Assembly (NCBI GenBank): GCA_030248215.1
Contig: JASANG010000273.1
Coordinates: 496,001 to 560,000, forward strand
Direction of reading: 5' to 3'
Length of the DNA stretch: 64,000 nucleotides
Source: Enoplolaimus lenunculus
Taxonomy: Eukaryota
The translations under genes and the position numbers were made by a program. Position 1 is the stretch's first letter; each line of letters opens with the position of its first letter. The notes under the pieces were generated by a model. The model searched no databases, had not been told where the DNA came from, and worked only from the letters and a program-made list of their open reading frames with translations. Positions 1 to 13,429 of this stretch are shown one piece after another.

Positions 1-1866
1 TTTAAACAATAGAGAAACCTTTCCAACAACTTATATAGTCAAGAGTTCATCCCTAATCCTAAGAAATCAGTATATAACGCCGCTATTATCAATTCATTGA
101 TTTACAGCAAAAGCCCGATTAACCCCAAGCTAAACTGTTTTGGTTAAATATTAGTTGCGCCATTGAAATGCGTCCGAAAACGCCAAATAGAACGTGCAAA
201 CTGTTACTGGTATTGACATTTTCCGCGAGCAAACACTTTACCGTAGTCCCATAATAGCAAAGCGAGCATGCTTTTTTATTTACATAATTTCTAAATTTTA
301 TATCAGTTAAAACACAATTTTACAATCCTTAAACTAACATACGTGAAAAACATGCCACTTAAACCGAAAAATTCTTATCAGAAATTTCAGTCTGCGCGCA
401 GCAGATGCTACGTATAAACTATGCAAGTGTTTTATGCAAACAATAAAATAGCAACATTTCTGATTCAGTGAAAAACACAAAAAAGCCAAGCCAAATTTAC
501 ATATTTCTAGTGACTTTTCAAACGATATAAACTTCAGAATTGTGTAAGAAACAGCTTAGATGGCTAAATACAATAGAAATTATTTCAAAATCGGTTTTCA
601 GATTGCAAATTGAGGAAACACGGAGGAAAACACTGCACCAATAAAAATTCACCATATTGAATCACAAAAAACAAAAATAACACACTACATAATATATACA
701 GACATGCGTATATATGATTCAGGGTGCGATCCGATATAATTACGAATGCCACCAATAAACCGACTCTCGATTTCAATATTTTCGTTTGCATTATATTTTA
801 ATTTGTACTTTTAGTCATAATAAACATTGCAAAAACGTTTGCTTAACTAGGCAACGTTTTACAGTTTGCAACAGACGATACTTAAACTTGAACTCATCTA
901 AAATGATAAAGCAAGCAATTATAAGAATTCAGCAATGCAATAACCGGCTCCTGTATGTCTCTTACTCGGCCGCACCATGACATAAAGATTTATACAAAAT
1001 CATGCTCAGCGTTCTGACCGGAATGAACATAAGCTTCATAATAAAACGCACTTACAAGATGCTTGTTATATACAAAAACAACTCGACAGCTGGACGTAGC
1101 TGAGCGGCGGGGTAGGGCTTCAGGCATCAAACAACAGCAGTACTTGCTTGAACAACGCCGAAAAAGGATTACTTTTTCAGTTCGTAGCACAACAACCCCT
1201 CTTCGAAATTTTTTTATAGAATGTAAGCCTTTTTTCTAAAATCCTTGATAGTGAATGAGCCAATTCAAGACAGTGACAAAACTAACGCTGGTGACTCTGC
1301 GAAGACCCAAATTGTCACTACTCTTTTATAAAATAAACTATATAAAACAATCTTTTTCTGAAATATAGTAAATCCCAATTATAAGAGTTTCAATACAATA
1401 AAACGCATCAAAGCTCTTTGCAGCTCTAAAAACTAATCTAATTTACAGACTCACAATGTGAAAACTCTAGGTAATATCTTCGATTATTTCTTAATAAGTC
1501 AATACACCGAGATACCTACAAAACTAAGGCATTTATATTCAGCAGCCAGTAAACACAAATGACAATACGCCTCCCAATTCCACCGCAAATGAAATACATT
1601 ACAAGCCCCGCCCCCAATTGATAAACGAAGCTGGCCCCATCCCAACCTCACCCACTCACCGACAAAATAAATTCCACTCCGAACTATGTTGTCAAACGAC
1701 ATGATGCCTGCTGACCCTGCCAACTCACAGCCACCACCCTTTTCTATTTTTATACTCCAGCACATTCCACTATTGGTCGATCGATAGTGTTCCAGTCAGT
1801 CGCCATTCACACGCGACATTTTGCCCTTCTCTTCGTTCGGCATACAGTTTCGACTCCGCCTCATTT

Positions 1867-4800
1867 CTATTCTTCAACATCAACCATTGGTTGATCATTC
1901 TCATTATCGCTATTCTCACCTCCACTTGACTCATCGCAACATTTCGTCGCCATTGTTGTTGTAGCTGTTGCTGATGCCATCCTATCTGTCGAAATCTGTC
2001 TTGTCGCTGCCAACACTTGCCTAGTGCCTATAGATTTCGCTTTAGCCAATAAAGAATCACGACCAGAACCAGCTGTCGGCAAACGTTCCTCACCAGCCGC
2101 CCTATCCCAATCACCCTCACCTGTTTGATTACCTGAAGATCCTGGCGGTGTTACCACTATCAGACGAGGGCTCGCATTGTCATAGTCATCGGCACCACGC
2201 CACCGAACGTACTCTAAATCGAATAGATAGAATTTTGTACCGACAGGAACATTAAATCGATTGGTCTCTTTCTTCGCCATACAATGATTTTTCTTCTTCA
2301 CGCGGCCAATAAAACGGTCACGCCCATGAACGGCTGGGTCAAGAGATTTAGTGTCAACAAAGTACGGCATGCGCGCTGACAAACAGCCAACAACATAGCC
2401 ACCTAAAATCAATAAAAATGAAATGCTACATAAAACATATTTCATTGGTAAACAAGACATTGCACATGAAAAAATACAATAAAATACTGAATTGCATGAA
2501 TTTCTTCAATAAGTAAGAACAGATTAAAATGGTAATTGTCCAAGGCCTAATAAACTAACAGTTAATCTTTCATTTTTGAATTTGATGCAAGGACCTCTAT
2601 GACTACCGCACGGCGCACAATATCATTTAATCTTCTTTATCTTTTAAAACCAACAAACCCTGACCAATCTGAGTGCGGAATTTTCAACATCTACACGCGA
2701 CAAAAGTTCCTGTTGGCAGGTTCCGGTTCCGGTTTCACGATTACAAACTAAACCCGGAACTTTTAGTTTAGCTCCTTTTGGGACATGATTATGTTTTGTC
2801 AGTTTATATTTTGGTGGCAACAAAATTTCGTTGGCTAGAACGCCTTTATCTCAATTAAAAGTGACCCCGTCAGTACAGGGAACGTGAAGGGAATTTTCGG
2901 TTTTCGGTCGAACCCTGCTGTCACGTACATGTCGGTAACTTTTTATAACCTGTATAACTCAAGGTATGTAAAACTTATAACACAGCGTAGTCAAGTTATT
3001 GTACAAGACGCATTAGTTCTACGGTCCCTGCCCAGAGCTTGTGAACATTATATACCCCATTCTTCAAAATCCTCACCACTCATTGGATCCCGCATAGCCA
3101 GTACATTATCGCCTTCGCGTATACGATCAACAATCACTTGTGCCCGTCTAACAGGACGCTTAGCACTCTGTTGTTGTTGTTGTTGTTGTTGTTGTTGCAG
3201 CTGCTGAAGCATAGTTGGATATGACAACGTCTGTGTGCTTGTAGACGACATTGGCGAAGTGTTTGTTGTTGGAACCAGACCAAGGTATGAAACGGACATA
3301 GCAGCCTGGCTTTCTGTACTTTGACTTGAACCGAATGGCATTACTGACGTAGTCATTGCGTTTCCTATATTTTTCACAACAATTGTTGAATCCATCGCCT
3401 CGAAGTTCCTACAATGAGCCGGAATAACAATAAAAACATTCATCAAAATTTAGCAATTCAAATTTCTGAAATGATCAGCTGCATTAGAAATTCAAATTAC
3501 AATTGCAAATAAAACTTTGACAAAAATGCTTAGCAATATCGAAAAATGACTAACATGAATAGCAAAATCTTGAATATTTAACTTTTCAAGACAAACTTAC
3601 CGACTATCACCTGCTTCTTGCTGTCCAACAACACCCTGGCCAACGTCCGCAGGCGAAACCATAGACACAGGACTTACACTTGTATGAGAAGTGCTACCGA
3701 TGCTTTTCGACGGTGATGAAGACAAAACGCTCGCCGTTACCATCTTACATTCAGGTCTTGATGTTTCTGACTCACTCCGAGGAGTGACTTCAGACCCTGC
3801 AAATTTTTTCGGACTATTAGATCCAGTAGATGAAGACTGCTGAGAATCTGTCAATTCATGATCTGAAGAACTTCGTAGTGGATGTTTTGTTGTTACGCGG
3901 CGGCGTTCACCTTCCGAGTACGTCCCGATACGTTCAACACTAGACTCCATTACGTCCTTCGCCTGTATATGTGACTGGTAGCTCGTAAGAAGTTGGCTTA
4001 GCGCCTCACAGATGTCACCGAAAGCTGTTGAGCTAAGCTTCGCTTGCTCCAGCTTGAGTTCGTCTAATTCATCGCGATGGGAGGCTATAAATGCAGCAAG
4101 CACTCGTTTAAGTCCAAGTAGAACACTTTTGCGCGCCACTTTACTAACTATGTCATTATTAGTGACGACTGAGTCACTGCTAGTTTGAGCTGCGACCACA
4201 GCTGTAGCAGCAGCCAAGCGATCTTCATACTGCACGTGCAGCCGTGCTTCTAAGGCGGCGACAACATTCTTCGAACGCATTTCGCATTCTTGCTCAACCT
4301 GAAAACAAAAAAATAACTTTCGTAACAGTTTGTAAACGCTTTAAAGTAGCCTCCTACGGCTCAATAATTAATCAACCCAACCCAGCATAACAGTTTTAAA
4401 AAAACGTCAATCAAATCATGCACAGTGTATATCAAGTTCCCAAAGCTATTAACTGTATTCGAATTTTTAGGTTTACTTTGCTGTTTAAGTTGAAGTTTTC
4501 AAGCAATAAAATTGCATAAGCATATATAACAAGTTTAACGTATAAAACTATCTCATAAGGAACCTTACTTACTGTATCGTTATTACGTTTGCTTTCACAT
4601 TAATAGTTGAAGTTTTCAAGCATAAAATTCCATAAGCGTAAACAACAAGGTTAACGTAGAAAACTATCTAATGTTTGCTTGCTTCCACATTAATAAACTT
4701 GCCTTAGTTCGTTCCGCCTTTACAGCAGCTGCCAATTTCTCTTTAAGTTCCGTTGACGCCGCTTCCTTAGCTTCCAGCACTGCTGCCTGAGAGTAAAAAA

Positions 4801-7800
4801 TTATCTTTACCATGCAATTATTAATCGAATAAGGTAAAACAAGAATTTCAATAAAAAAATTAGTGGTACACCACAAGTCACACGCGCTTCACTTAATACC
4901 ATCGTTTTAGATACAAAATATGAATTGTTCTTAGTATTTTTATAACTATACAACTCTTTCGAATTACAATATTTATTGAGCGAAACGAAACTCCGAGCGA
5001 AGAAGCGTTTTATATTTTGTTAGAAAGGTGGATGTCCGTCCGTCCGTCTATCTGTCCGTCCGAAAAGAATCTCATGAACGGCTGATCATATTTTGATAAA
5101 CTTTTTTGTTTGAAAGCCAATTATCCTGGGGTGTTAACCTTGCATTGGGGTTTTAAAATTTTAAGCCGTTTATTAGCTACAGGCTAATTTGCATAATTAA
5201 TTAAGCCTATATTAGGACTTTCTACATTACTTCACTAATTATTACAGTTAGAAGCAATCTACTTTAAGCATTAAAGGGTTTTTGGGTGCGAGGAATCTGC
5301 ATAAACTGTTTACAAACATCTAAAACCGATAATTGAGTAGTTAGCTAATAGATAATTTGCATATTAGCAGTTTATAAGCTTAAATTAGGACTTTTTACAA
5401 TATTTCACTAATTATTAAGGTTCAAAGCAATACAACTTCAGCACTAAAGGGTTTTAGGTACGAGGAATTTGAATAAATTGTTTTCAAACCTCCAAAACCG
5501 ATAATTAAATAGTTAGCTAATAGCTATTTTAATTGATAAGACAAAACTAGGACTTTTTAAATTATTTCAATAATTATTAGGGTTTACTTATGGTTTTGGG
5601 GTGCGAGGAATCTGAATAAATTGTTTACAAACGTTTAAACCGATAACTGAATAGTTAGCTAATAAATAATTTGCATATAAGCATAATTGATATGCCTAAA
5701 TTAGGCGTTTTTGCAATATAGCACTAATTATTAGGGTTACAAGCAATCTAATTTCAGCAACAATGAGTTTTCGGGTACGAGGAATCTGAATAAATTGTCT
5801 ACAAACCTTCAAAACCGATAATCGGTAAGTTAGCTAACAACTAATTTGCACATTTGCTTAATTGATAAGCCTAAATAATGGTTTTTTAAATTATTTCTCA
5901 AATTATTAGGGTTACTTCAGGGTTTTTGACCGCGACGAATCTGAATAAATTGTTTACAAACCTCCAAAACCAATAATGAATAGTTAGCTAATAACTAATT
6001 TGCATATTAGCTTAACTGCTTACGTGTGTTCGAGGTTCGCTCAATACATGTAGTCCCACTACGACTGGTAATAAACCCATTCAACAAAAAGTTATCACGA
6101 GTAAACGTTTATCAACAAACTTAAATCATTACTTTTTTCACAACTAATCCAGCAAAAAACTATTGTAAAATAATTCGACACTCAATTTTGCGAAATGTTA
6201 TCAGACCCTGATCAGATCCGGAAATCACAGCTAAGTTTACCTGAAGCCTTAACTCGGACTGTTCTGAAAGCGATTGTTCCAATGACTTTTGGCGTTCACA
6301 ACATGATTCCACCAAAGCGTCGTGTTCACTTCTCATTTGCCGAATTACAGCTTCAAACTCGTGCACTTTATCGCGTAATTCTTGAATAGTCTCATTTTTA
6401 TCGCACATTTGTTTCTATAAATATTACAGAACTGCAAAAACACAGGGACCTTCCAGACTGAGATGCTTAAGCTTATGAGGCACGCCCCTATCGTTAACAT
6501 GGGCCCTGTTAGTGTTCTTGTTCCTGCTTCCTGTGAAGCGTACTTCGTTTTGGACCCTTGTACGTGTATCCTAAACCAGTGTTATATTTTTAATAGTGAT
6601 GTGCCGATGCCGATTCGAATTTAAACTTACGATGCCTAGCTTAAAGAACAGATAAGATTACCGCATTACATCATTATAAACGCGAATTAAACCCCGACAA
6701 CCACAAACGATTATAATTTTATGACAACGGTTTTTTCTTAATTTATTCAAATATAAACGCGAGACAATAGTTTTTTTGTACAGATGCATCTCGGCTGATA
6801 TACACCGACATGTGATATTGTTACCATTCTAACTCACTTCTGACTGCAAATATTCCGATACTCACAAAAAGTGCGATATTACCGATACTGCTTAATCGAC
6901 ACAACCCTGATTTTTTAAGCAAATATCTAGCCACAATTTTCAAATGATCGCTGGTCGCTTTGGCTGAATTATACTCACAATTTTAGCAAAACTGGTTTGT
7001 AGACCTGCCTGTTTGTAAGTTCTAACCTCAAATTCATCTTTCATCTTCGCCATATCAACTTCATTTGCCAACGTCATTTCTTTGATCGTTTCCGCTCGGA
7101 CAGATTCTACTTCGTGCTGCTTTTGCTCTGCGGCAGCTGTCAATCTGGATTCCATGTCAATCACCCGCGCTTCACCTTCTATAAATTTCAGTTCAACTTC
7201 ATTCAATTTTGCTTGGCTTTCAGCTAGCGCCCCCTCAAGCTTACCGTTTTTGTCATGAAGGGATCCCAATTCAGCTGTGAGTTCAATTTTGTCACTGCTC
7301 AAGGCTGAACATTGCAGTTGAGCATCATACAACTGTGTTGCGATCCGATCACGTTCTGCATCACATTGTGCTAATTTTTCATTCATAACCGCTTGCTGCG
7401 CGTCGTATACACACCGTTGCACGTATCGAACGGCAACAAAGTCAGTCATAAGGCGCTCGGCTTGTAATTCAGGCTGAAGAAATCTACCTAGAAATCCTGT
7501 TGAATCAGCGGCTGCCTCAGAAAGAGACTGTTTGATATCACGGAGCTCAGCCTTAAGAGCAGCTAGCGTGTCCAGGTACCCACGCGCAGCTACGGTCACG
7601 TTTTGCCGGATCAAATCATAGCTTCTAAGCTCATTATGACTCAAAGACGACTGATTTGCGCCATCAACTGTTTGACTATCAATAGTTGATAAGCTCGTTT
7701 GTACGCAGCTATCACAGAACAACGGCGGTGTTTGGAGGCGTACAGGTCTCATATGAGTATCTGCCTCACCGTAAGTAACTACACCACTATCCGCAGAAAA

Positions 7801-10800
7801 CTGATGCCCTGCTGTAGTAACCGTTACGTCAAACCTGTCATTTGTCCCTGATTGTGTCTCACTTTGACCAATTGACACTACACGTGGAGTTAGTGTCGCA
7901 GCAGTGACTAAGGTAGACTTTGACATTATAGAACCAGCACGGATACGCTTGGGACTGCAACTACTTGGAGACACTGACTGATTAACGCTAGCCCCAACAG
8001 CAGCAGCGGCAGACATTTCCGCGCTGATTTGTGACCGTGACAGCATTTCAGGAGGACTAAAACAGCAGAAATAACGCATCGTTTAAACCCAGAGCCACCT
8101 GATATATAACTTTACTATGTGCCATATTAGAAACATTGATAAAGCAGTATGGAGACTGGATCGAAATTTCAAATTAACGTAACGATTTCTGACCATGTTC
8201 ACGAAAAAATCTGCATTTAAAAATTTCAATTCCAAAACATACATACGCATATTTCAGCAGGTTGCTCATAGTAACAAAATCGTGAAAGCTTGAAGATCTG
8301 ACGCGCACGTAAAACTTTGTAACTTATATCGAAAATATATAGAACGAAGATAAACCAGTCGTAGTGGGACTACATTTATTGAGCGAAGCTCGAACGCACG
8401 TAAGCAATTAACCTAATATGTAAATTAGCTATTAGCTAACTATTCAATTATCGGTTTTGGATGTTTGTAAACTATTTATTCAAATTCCTCGCACCCAAAA
8501 AACCTTCAGCCACTCTAATAATTTTTGGAATAATTTAAAAAGTCCTAATTTTGTTTGTCAATTAAGCTAATATGCAAATTAGTTATTAGGTAACTATTCA
8601 ATTATCGGTTTTGGAGGTTTGTAAACAATTTATTCAAATTCTTCGCACCCAAAAACCCTTTAGTGCTGAAATTATATTGCTTTTAACCTTAATAATTAGT
8701 GAAAGATTGTAAAAAGTCCTAATTTAGGCTTATAAACTATAAAAACAAACATAAACCCCCCCCCCAAAACAAAAAAAAAAAACCCCTAATAGGCAATATG
8801 CAAAAGCCTTAGCTAATAAACGGCTTAAAATTTTAAAACCCCAATGCAAGGTTAACACCCCAGGATAATTGGCTTTTAAACAAAAAAAGTTTATCAAAAT
8901 CCAGCTTCAGCCTTCCAAAATCTCTTCGGACGAACAGACACATCCACCTCCCCCCCAAAACAAAACAAAACCCCAACCCTTCGCTCGGAGTTTTGCTTCG
9001 CTCAATAAAATGTGAAAAGTATGGCGGCCTATTGCACTGTCAACTCCATCTCTTGTTCCATCCAACTGCAACTACTTCCACACAGTCCTAAAGTACGTAT
9101 GTATTTGCCTTAATTCAACCCAAAAACAATTAATTTTCCAAAAACGTTTTGACAAACTCACCTGTCAAGTATCAAATCAGGACTTGGACTATACCCAGTA
9201 TTACCTTCGGCACCCGGTTCAAAATCAATCGCCTCTCGGTGCCTATCAGTACCAGCAGGAGTCATCTTTTCTTCACGAGTCTTATGTCCTACCCGACGCG
9301 TGCTGTCTCGTCCAGCAGGAACAGGCTGCGGTTGTAAGACAACTTTTTCCCGGCTAGGAATACGGATAGGAGCTGATGCTGGCGCAGTAGGGGCTGCTGT
9401 TGACGCCCTGTCCAGCGCTGCGGTCCCATTAGATCGCGGAGGTGACGCCGCTAACTCTGTAATTTCACCCAGCGGTGACAAATATCGTGGTGCATTTTGC
9501 GGTGTCACAGGAGGCGGGTATGGCATTGCTTGTCCTTCTGTTGTAGAAATCGTTGCCCCGCCACACGGGTCCATAAACGCACTGTCAGATACAGTACCTA
9601 GCGATCCACCGCTGCTTCCGTAGGCGTCTTCCGTTAAATTTTCGTCACTGGTCCACGTTAAATTCGAAGCTGCGGGTATAGGGGTTGTAGCACCTCCAGT
9701 GCCGCTGCTCATTGTCGATTGTGCGGAAAGTGTTGGACGTAACGGTGAAAATTTAGGAGGCGTTTGGCTAACAAACGATGCTTTACGCTCGATCCAATGG
9801 CTTGCAGCAGCCGGATCTGCAACGTAAAGCTTGTCGTAAATATTCGACGTGTAGATTTTGAGCGACGCTGACAGCTGTGGGGGTAGTTTCGCACGGAGAT
9901 AATGCACATCGGCGGCGGTAATAGGGGGCAACTCCGTATCGAATGCAGGCGGGGGTGTGGATGCGAATGCTGGCAGGTTGCTGTCGAAACCAGGGAATAA
10001 ATAAGCGAGAAAGTGATTTGACAGTTTTTCGGCGAGAGAGGCACGTGTGCGCCGTTCGGTGTCGACTAAATTTTGAACGGCCGCAGCAAGACGTTCTGCC
10101 CATTCGAGATACTGTCCCGAAAATGATTTACGCCGGACGACTTCACCTACTGCTGCGATGTAAATCTGGAACCAAAAAATAAGTTACGCAGACAATGTTT
10201 GAAATACCTTACACTTATCAAAGCAAAACTTTGCAGTAATGTCACAAAATTACAAACATCACTTACCGTCGGCGCATTATGAATTTGATAACCGATTTCC
10301 ACTTTGCGACGCAACTTTTTAAGACGTTCGAAATATCGAAATTGACTCTCATCAGCGTCCGAAATCATTTGTTCAATATGTCGCACCCAATGTAAATTGC
10401 TCGTGATCATTGTGACCAGCTCGCGCTTGCTTTTCTCAAAGCGACGCGCAGTATCGTATACGTTTGAATAATGCTTTGCAATCATCACCGAACAAATTGA
10501 TTTTTGTGATTCGTAGAACTCTCGCATTGCGTCACGGTCGTTACTCTGGGTCTGGCTAGAACCACCACCCCCAGACGGTCCACCGCTACCCGCAGCGGCA
10601 GCAGTACGAGCCCGCTGCTTGGTAACTGCGTCAAACATTTTCGCTTGATCAACAACTCGACTTTCGACATCGGTCAGTAACATTTGCAGCTTGTTCAAAC
10701 GTTGCGAGACCCCCTTCAGAACTTTTCGCTCTGGTTTATCCACCTGAGTACGAATTTGAGCGCTTACACGTTTAAAATGTTCACCAATTGAGTCTGTCAA

Positions 10801-12007
10801 ATATTCAAGGTCATCTGCAACACTACGTGCAAATTCACTGAGCGTATAACTCGAGTCCAGGGTGTGAACCCAGTCGCACAGTGACATTTCGCTTGATACT
10901 TGTGCTACCCCTCCTACCAATACTGATCGACCCGCTGTCGTTTCACATTGGAATTTAATGTGACTTCCACCACTGATACTACTACCTCCGACCCCACAAC
11001 GATCTGCGTACGAATTCGAAAGGCACGCGAGTACAGGAATTTGAGCAATTGTATTTAAATCAGCATCAAAATTAGAAAACAGCTGGACATAATCGTTTCG
11101 GCGGCGTATATATTTCGCATAGTCACGAGCGAATTTGTCACTACGTCGTTGATAGCTCTTGGATGAATCTTCTAGATTCGCTATTACAACCAACCAACTT
11201 TGATGCAACAAAAAATGATCGTCTACTATACGGGTGCAAGCTTCACTTTGACGCTCAGTCGCGTGTAAAACCTGAAACATCCATAGCAAACAAACATACA
11301 TACTAGAATTACAGGAAAGCATGAATTTGGTTTTGGCCATGTAGCTGAAACATACTAGTATCAGAAAACGTTGTTGTGAGGATGGCCTATAGAAACCCAC
11401 AATTCATAAACACATCTAGTGATCCAGATTTGGAACAACTACCATATGGACTAAGCCCTTATACGTAGTTGACATTTTGCAATATAATACCAACCTAACA
11501 ATAACATCGTACCTTTTGAGCTAGTGTAAACACATGGTCCACGGCTTCGAATGAGACCTGATTCTCCGCGATTTGTTTTAGCTCAATCGTAAACGTCCTT
11601 GGTTCTATCGAATTAGCCAGCAAACTAACCACACCCATGCCAGCCGGAGTTTGAAAACCAACGGCACTGCTTGTTGATGCAGCATAAGATGTTGTAGTGC
11701 TTGAAGTAACAAGTGTCGAACCAGCTGTAGGGGGTGTATTATTTGCATCAGCAGCGGTACCGTGTGGTGGTGATGCATAGGAAATCAAAAATATCGGATT
11801 ACTATCGGAACCTGCGCTATATGTGGATAGTTTTGTAGCATTTTCTAGCATTTCGCCACCGCTGATTAGCAAATGCTGATGAGCAGACTGAATACCAGTG
11901 ACTTTTGCTATTTCTTCTTTCAAACCAGCGACTGCGCATTTTCTAAGGCTCAAATCAAACATTAACATTTGACCACAGTCCACGAAAAATACGTGTAACA
12001 TAGCCAT
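1867..12007 (-). CDS. RB1CC1: RB1-inducible coiled-coil 1 / FIP200 / ATG11-family autophagy scaffold, 9 coding exons, about 1792 aa
   Basis: Exons assembled by hand with phase-consistent splice sites: 12007-11513, 11271-10267, 10165-9162, 8056-7027, 6414-6241, 4786-4703, 4298-3601, 3408-3056, 2402-1867 (5379 nt = 1793 codons including TAG). The N-terminus MLHVFFVDCGQMLMFD...QHLLISGGEML...YSAGSDSNPIFL, the ATG17-like segment HQSWLVVIANLED and IYIAAVGEVVRRKSF...FLAYLFPGFD, the coiled coils and the Claw motif FIGRVKKKNHCMAKKETNRFNVPVGTKFY match recalled RB1CC1 sequence features. Confidence 0.93.
3168..3206 (-). repeat. Coding (CAA)n microsatellite, polyglutamine tract in RB1CC1
   Basis: A (TTG)n run on the plus strand translates as QQLQQQQQQQQQQ just before the Claw domain. 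Confidence 0.9.
4488..4670. repeat. Imperfect ~120-bp intronic tandem duplication
   Basis: gttgaagttttcaagca-taaaatt-cataagc...aacaag-ttaacgta-aaaactatct occurs at ~4489 and ~4606. Confidence 0.7.
4972..6069 (+). mobile_element. DINE-1/Helentron-like non-autonomous element, copy 1
   Basis: Subterminal inverted repeats ATTGAGCGAA...TTCGCTCAAT, (GTCC/GTCT)n microsatellite at 5034-5061, central ~110-125-bp tandem repeats (gaggaatctgaataaattgtttacaaac...tagttagctaa) and a 3' hairpin GTAGT-ccc-ACTAC. Two further copies occur in the window. Confidence 0.75.
6594..6909. mobile_element. Degenerate hAT-like MITE
   Basis: Ends TAGTGATGTGCCGAT and ATCGACACAACCCTG are imperfect inverted repeats. Flanks atttttaa and atttttta resemble an 8-bp TSD. 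Confidence 0.5.
8354..9008 (-). mobile_element. DINE-1/Helentron-like element, copy 2
   Basis: Reverse complement of copy 1, from accagtcgtagtgggactac to cttcgctcaataaa, with fewer central repeats. Confidence 0.75.
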
Positions 12008-12454
12008 TATTAATTTCTATGTTAAAGTACGTAATGAGTGTGTTATATGTATAGGGATGATAGGTATATATACAACGGATGACGTATCATTCTATAAATG
12101 CAATTATATATACATTCAGGTGCTAAAACTAAAAACAATCGTTCTAAAGAAAACATGAATTATGGCAGCTTGACACAAATGCGGTATATATCTTCACCAG
12201 CAAAATGACAGTAAAGCTACCTACTTTCAAATGCAAATACCCCTACTGAAAAATTTTTAGCCCCCGTAGTTAAGTGAGCTGGCTACAGGCCTGGACCGAG
12301 ATAGCCCATTTTTGGTCATAAATCATTACCATAAGAATGAAATCCTAAATGTAAGCATGTGAGACATGCTTGTCCTGGTGCATATGCAATAAATGCAATG
12401 CACATTGTGGGGAACCGTCGACACATATAGTCAACGAAATACGCAGTTGGAGAG

Positions 12455-12540
12455 GCGGGCTACGTGGCGCAGTGGTAGAGTGCTCGCTTAAGGATCCATA
12501 TGATGAGAGTTCGATCCGCGCTCTAGCCCGCTCCGCTTTT
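12455..12540 (+). pseudogene. tRNA-derived sequence (SINE-like head; Leu-AAG-like loop)
   Basis: A box TGGCGCAGTGG, B box GAGTTCGATCC, terminal stem GCGGGCTA/TAGCCCGC and a following TTTT. The anticodon stem does not pair. Confidence 0.65.
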
Positions 12541-13035
12541 CCAGCTGCTGAGTAGAAAGGTCTGAAGTCCCGGTTCCTACCTAGAATGACACTAAATATT
12601 GTGACATGCGGATGTATGGAGGCAAATAATAACCTCATGCTGATGCTATACATCGGTAAAAACACTGCTGCATATGTAGTGCCTTCATATGCAGCAGCAG
12701 TAAAACATAGAAGAACCAAGATACATGTGTATAGTAGAAAGGTCTGAAGTCCCGGTTCCTACCTAGAATGACACTAAATATTGTGACATGCGGATGTATG
12801 GCGGCAAATAATAACCTCATGCTGATGCTATACATCGGTAAAACACTGCTGCATATGTAGTGCCTTCATATATATGCAGCAGCAGTAAAACATAGAAGAA
12901 CCAAGATACATGTGTATAATGTTGAGGTTCTTATAAGGCATAAAAACAGAAAAACTGAGAAGTTGATTGTGAGGCATGTGTATAATGTTGAGGTTCTTAT
13001 AAGGCATAAAAACAGAAAAACTGAGAAGTTGATTG

Positions 13036-13121
13036 TGAGGCGGCGTGGCTCAGTGGATAGCGCGCTGGACTGAAAAATCTGTCGACCGAGTTCGAAACCT
13101 CCTGGGAGCGTCCCTCATTTT
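13036..13121 (+). pseudogene. tRNA-derived sequence (Phe-GAA-like loop), copy 1
   Basis: A box TGGCTCAGTGG, loop ggaCTGAAAAatct, B box GAGTTCGAAAC, TGAGG/CCTCA closing stem and TTTT. The cloverleaf is imperfect. Confidence 0.65.
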
Positions 13122-13429
13122 CAGCTGCTGAAAACGTAGAATTAAAAACTGTCGTACCCTAGCCTACCCAACTTATCACATGGTGACCACGATGGGACCG
13201 CAATGGCAAACTGCCGCGGTAGAACCAAAAATACATAAGTTGGCGGTCAAGGGACGACCTTATAGAAAAACCGGGGGATGTGACATGCGGATGTGCATCG
13301 GTAAAAACACTGCTGCATATGTAGTGCCTTCATATGCAGCAGCAGTAAAACATAGAAGAACCAAGATACATGTGTATAAAGTTCAGTTTCTTATAAGGCA
13401 TAAAAACAGAAAAACTGAGAAGTTGATTG

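Noticed and set aside
5200..6010. Regularly spaced repeats resembling a CRISPR array
   Set aside because: The units are degenerate full-length tandem repeats without unique spacers, in a eukaryotic intron with no cas genes.
9149..10182. Plus-strand and alternative-frame ORFs over RB1CC1 exon 3
   Set aside because: They are shadows of a GC-richer coding exon with no independent evidence.
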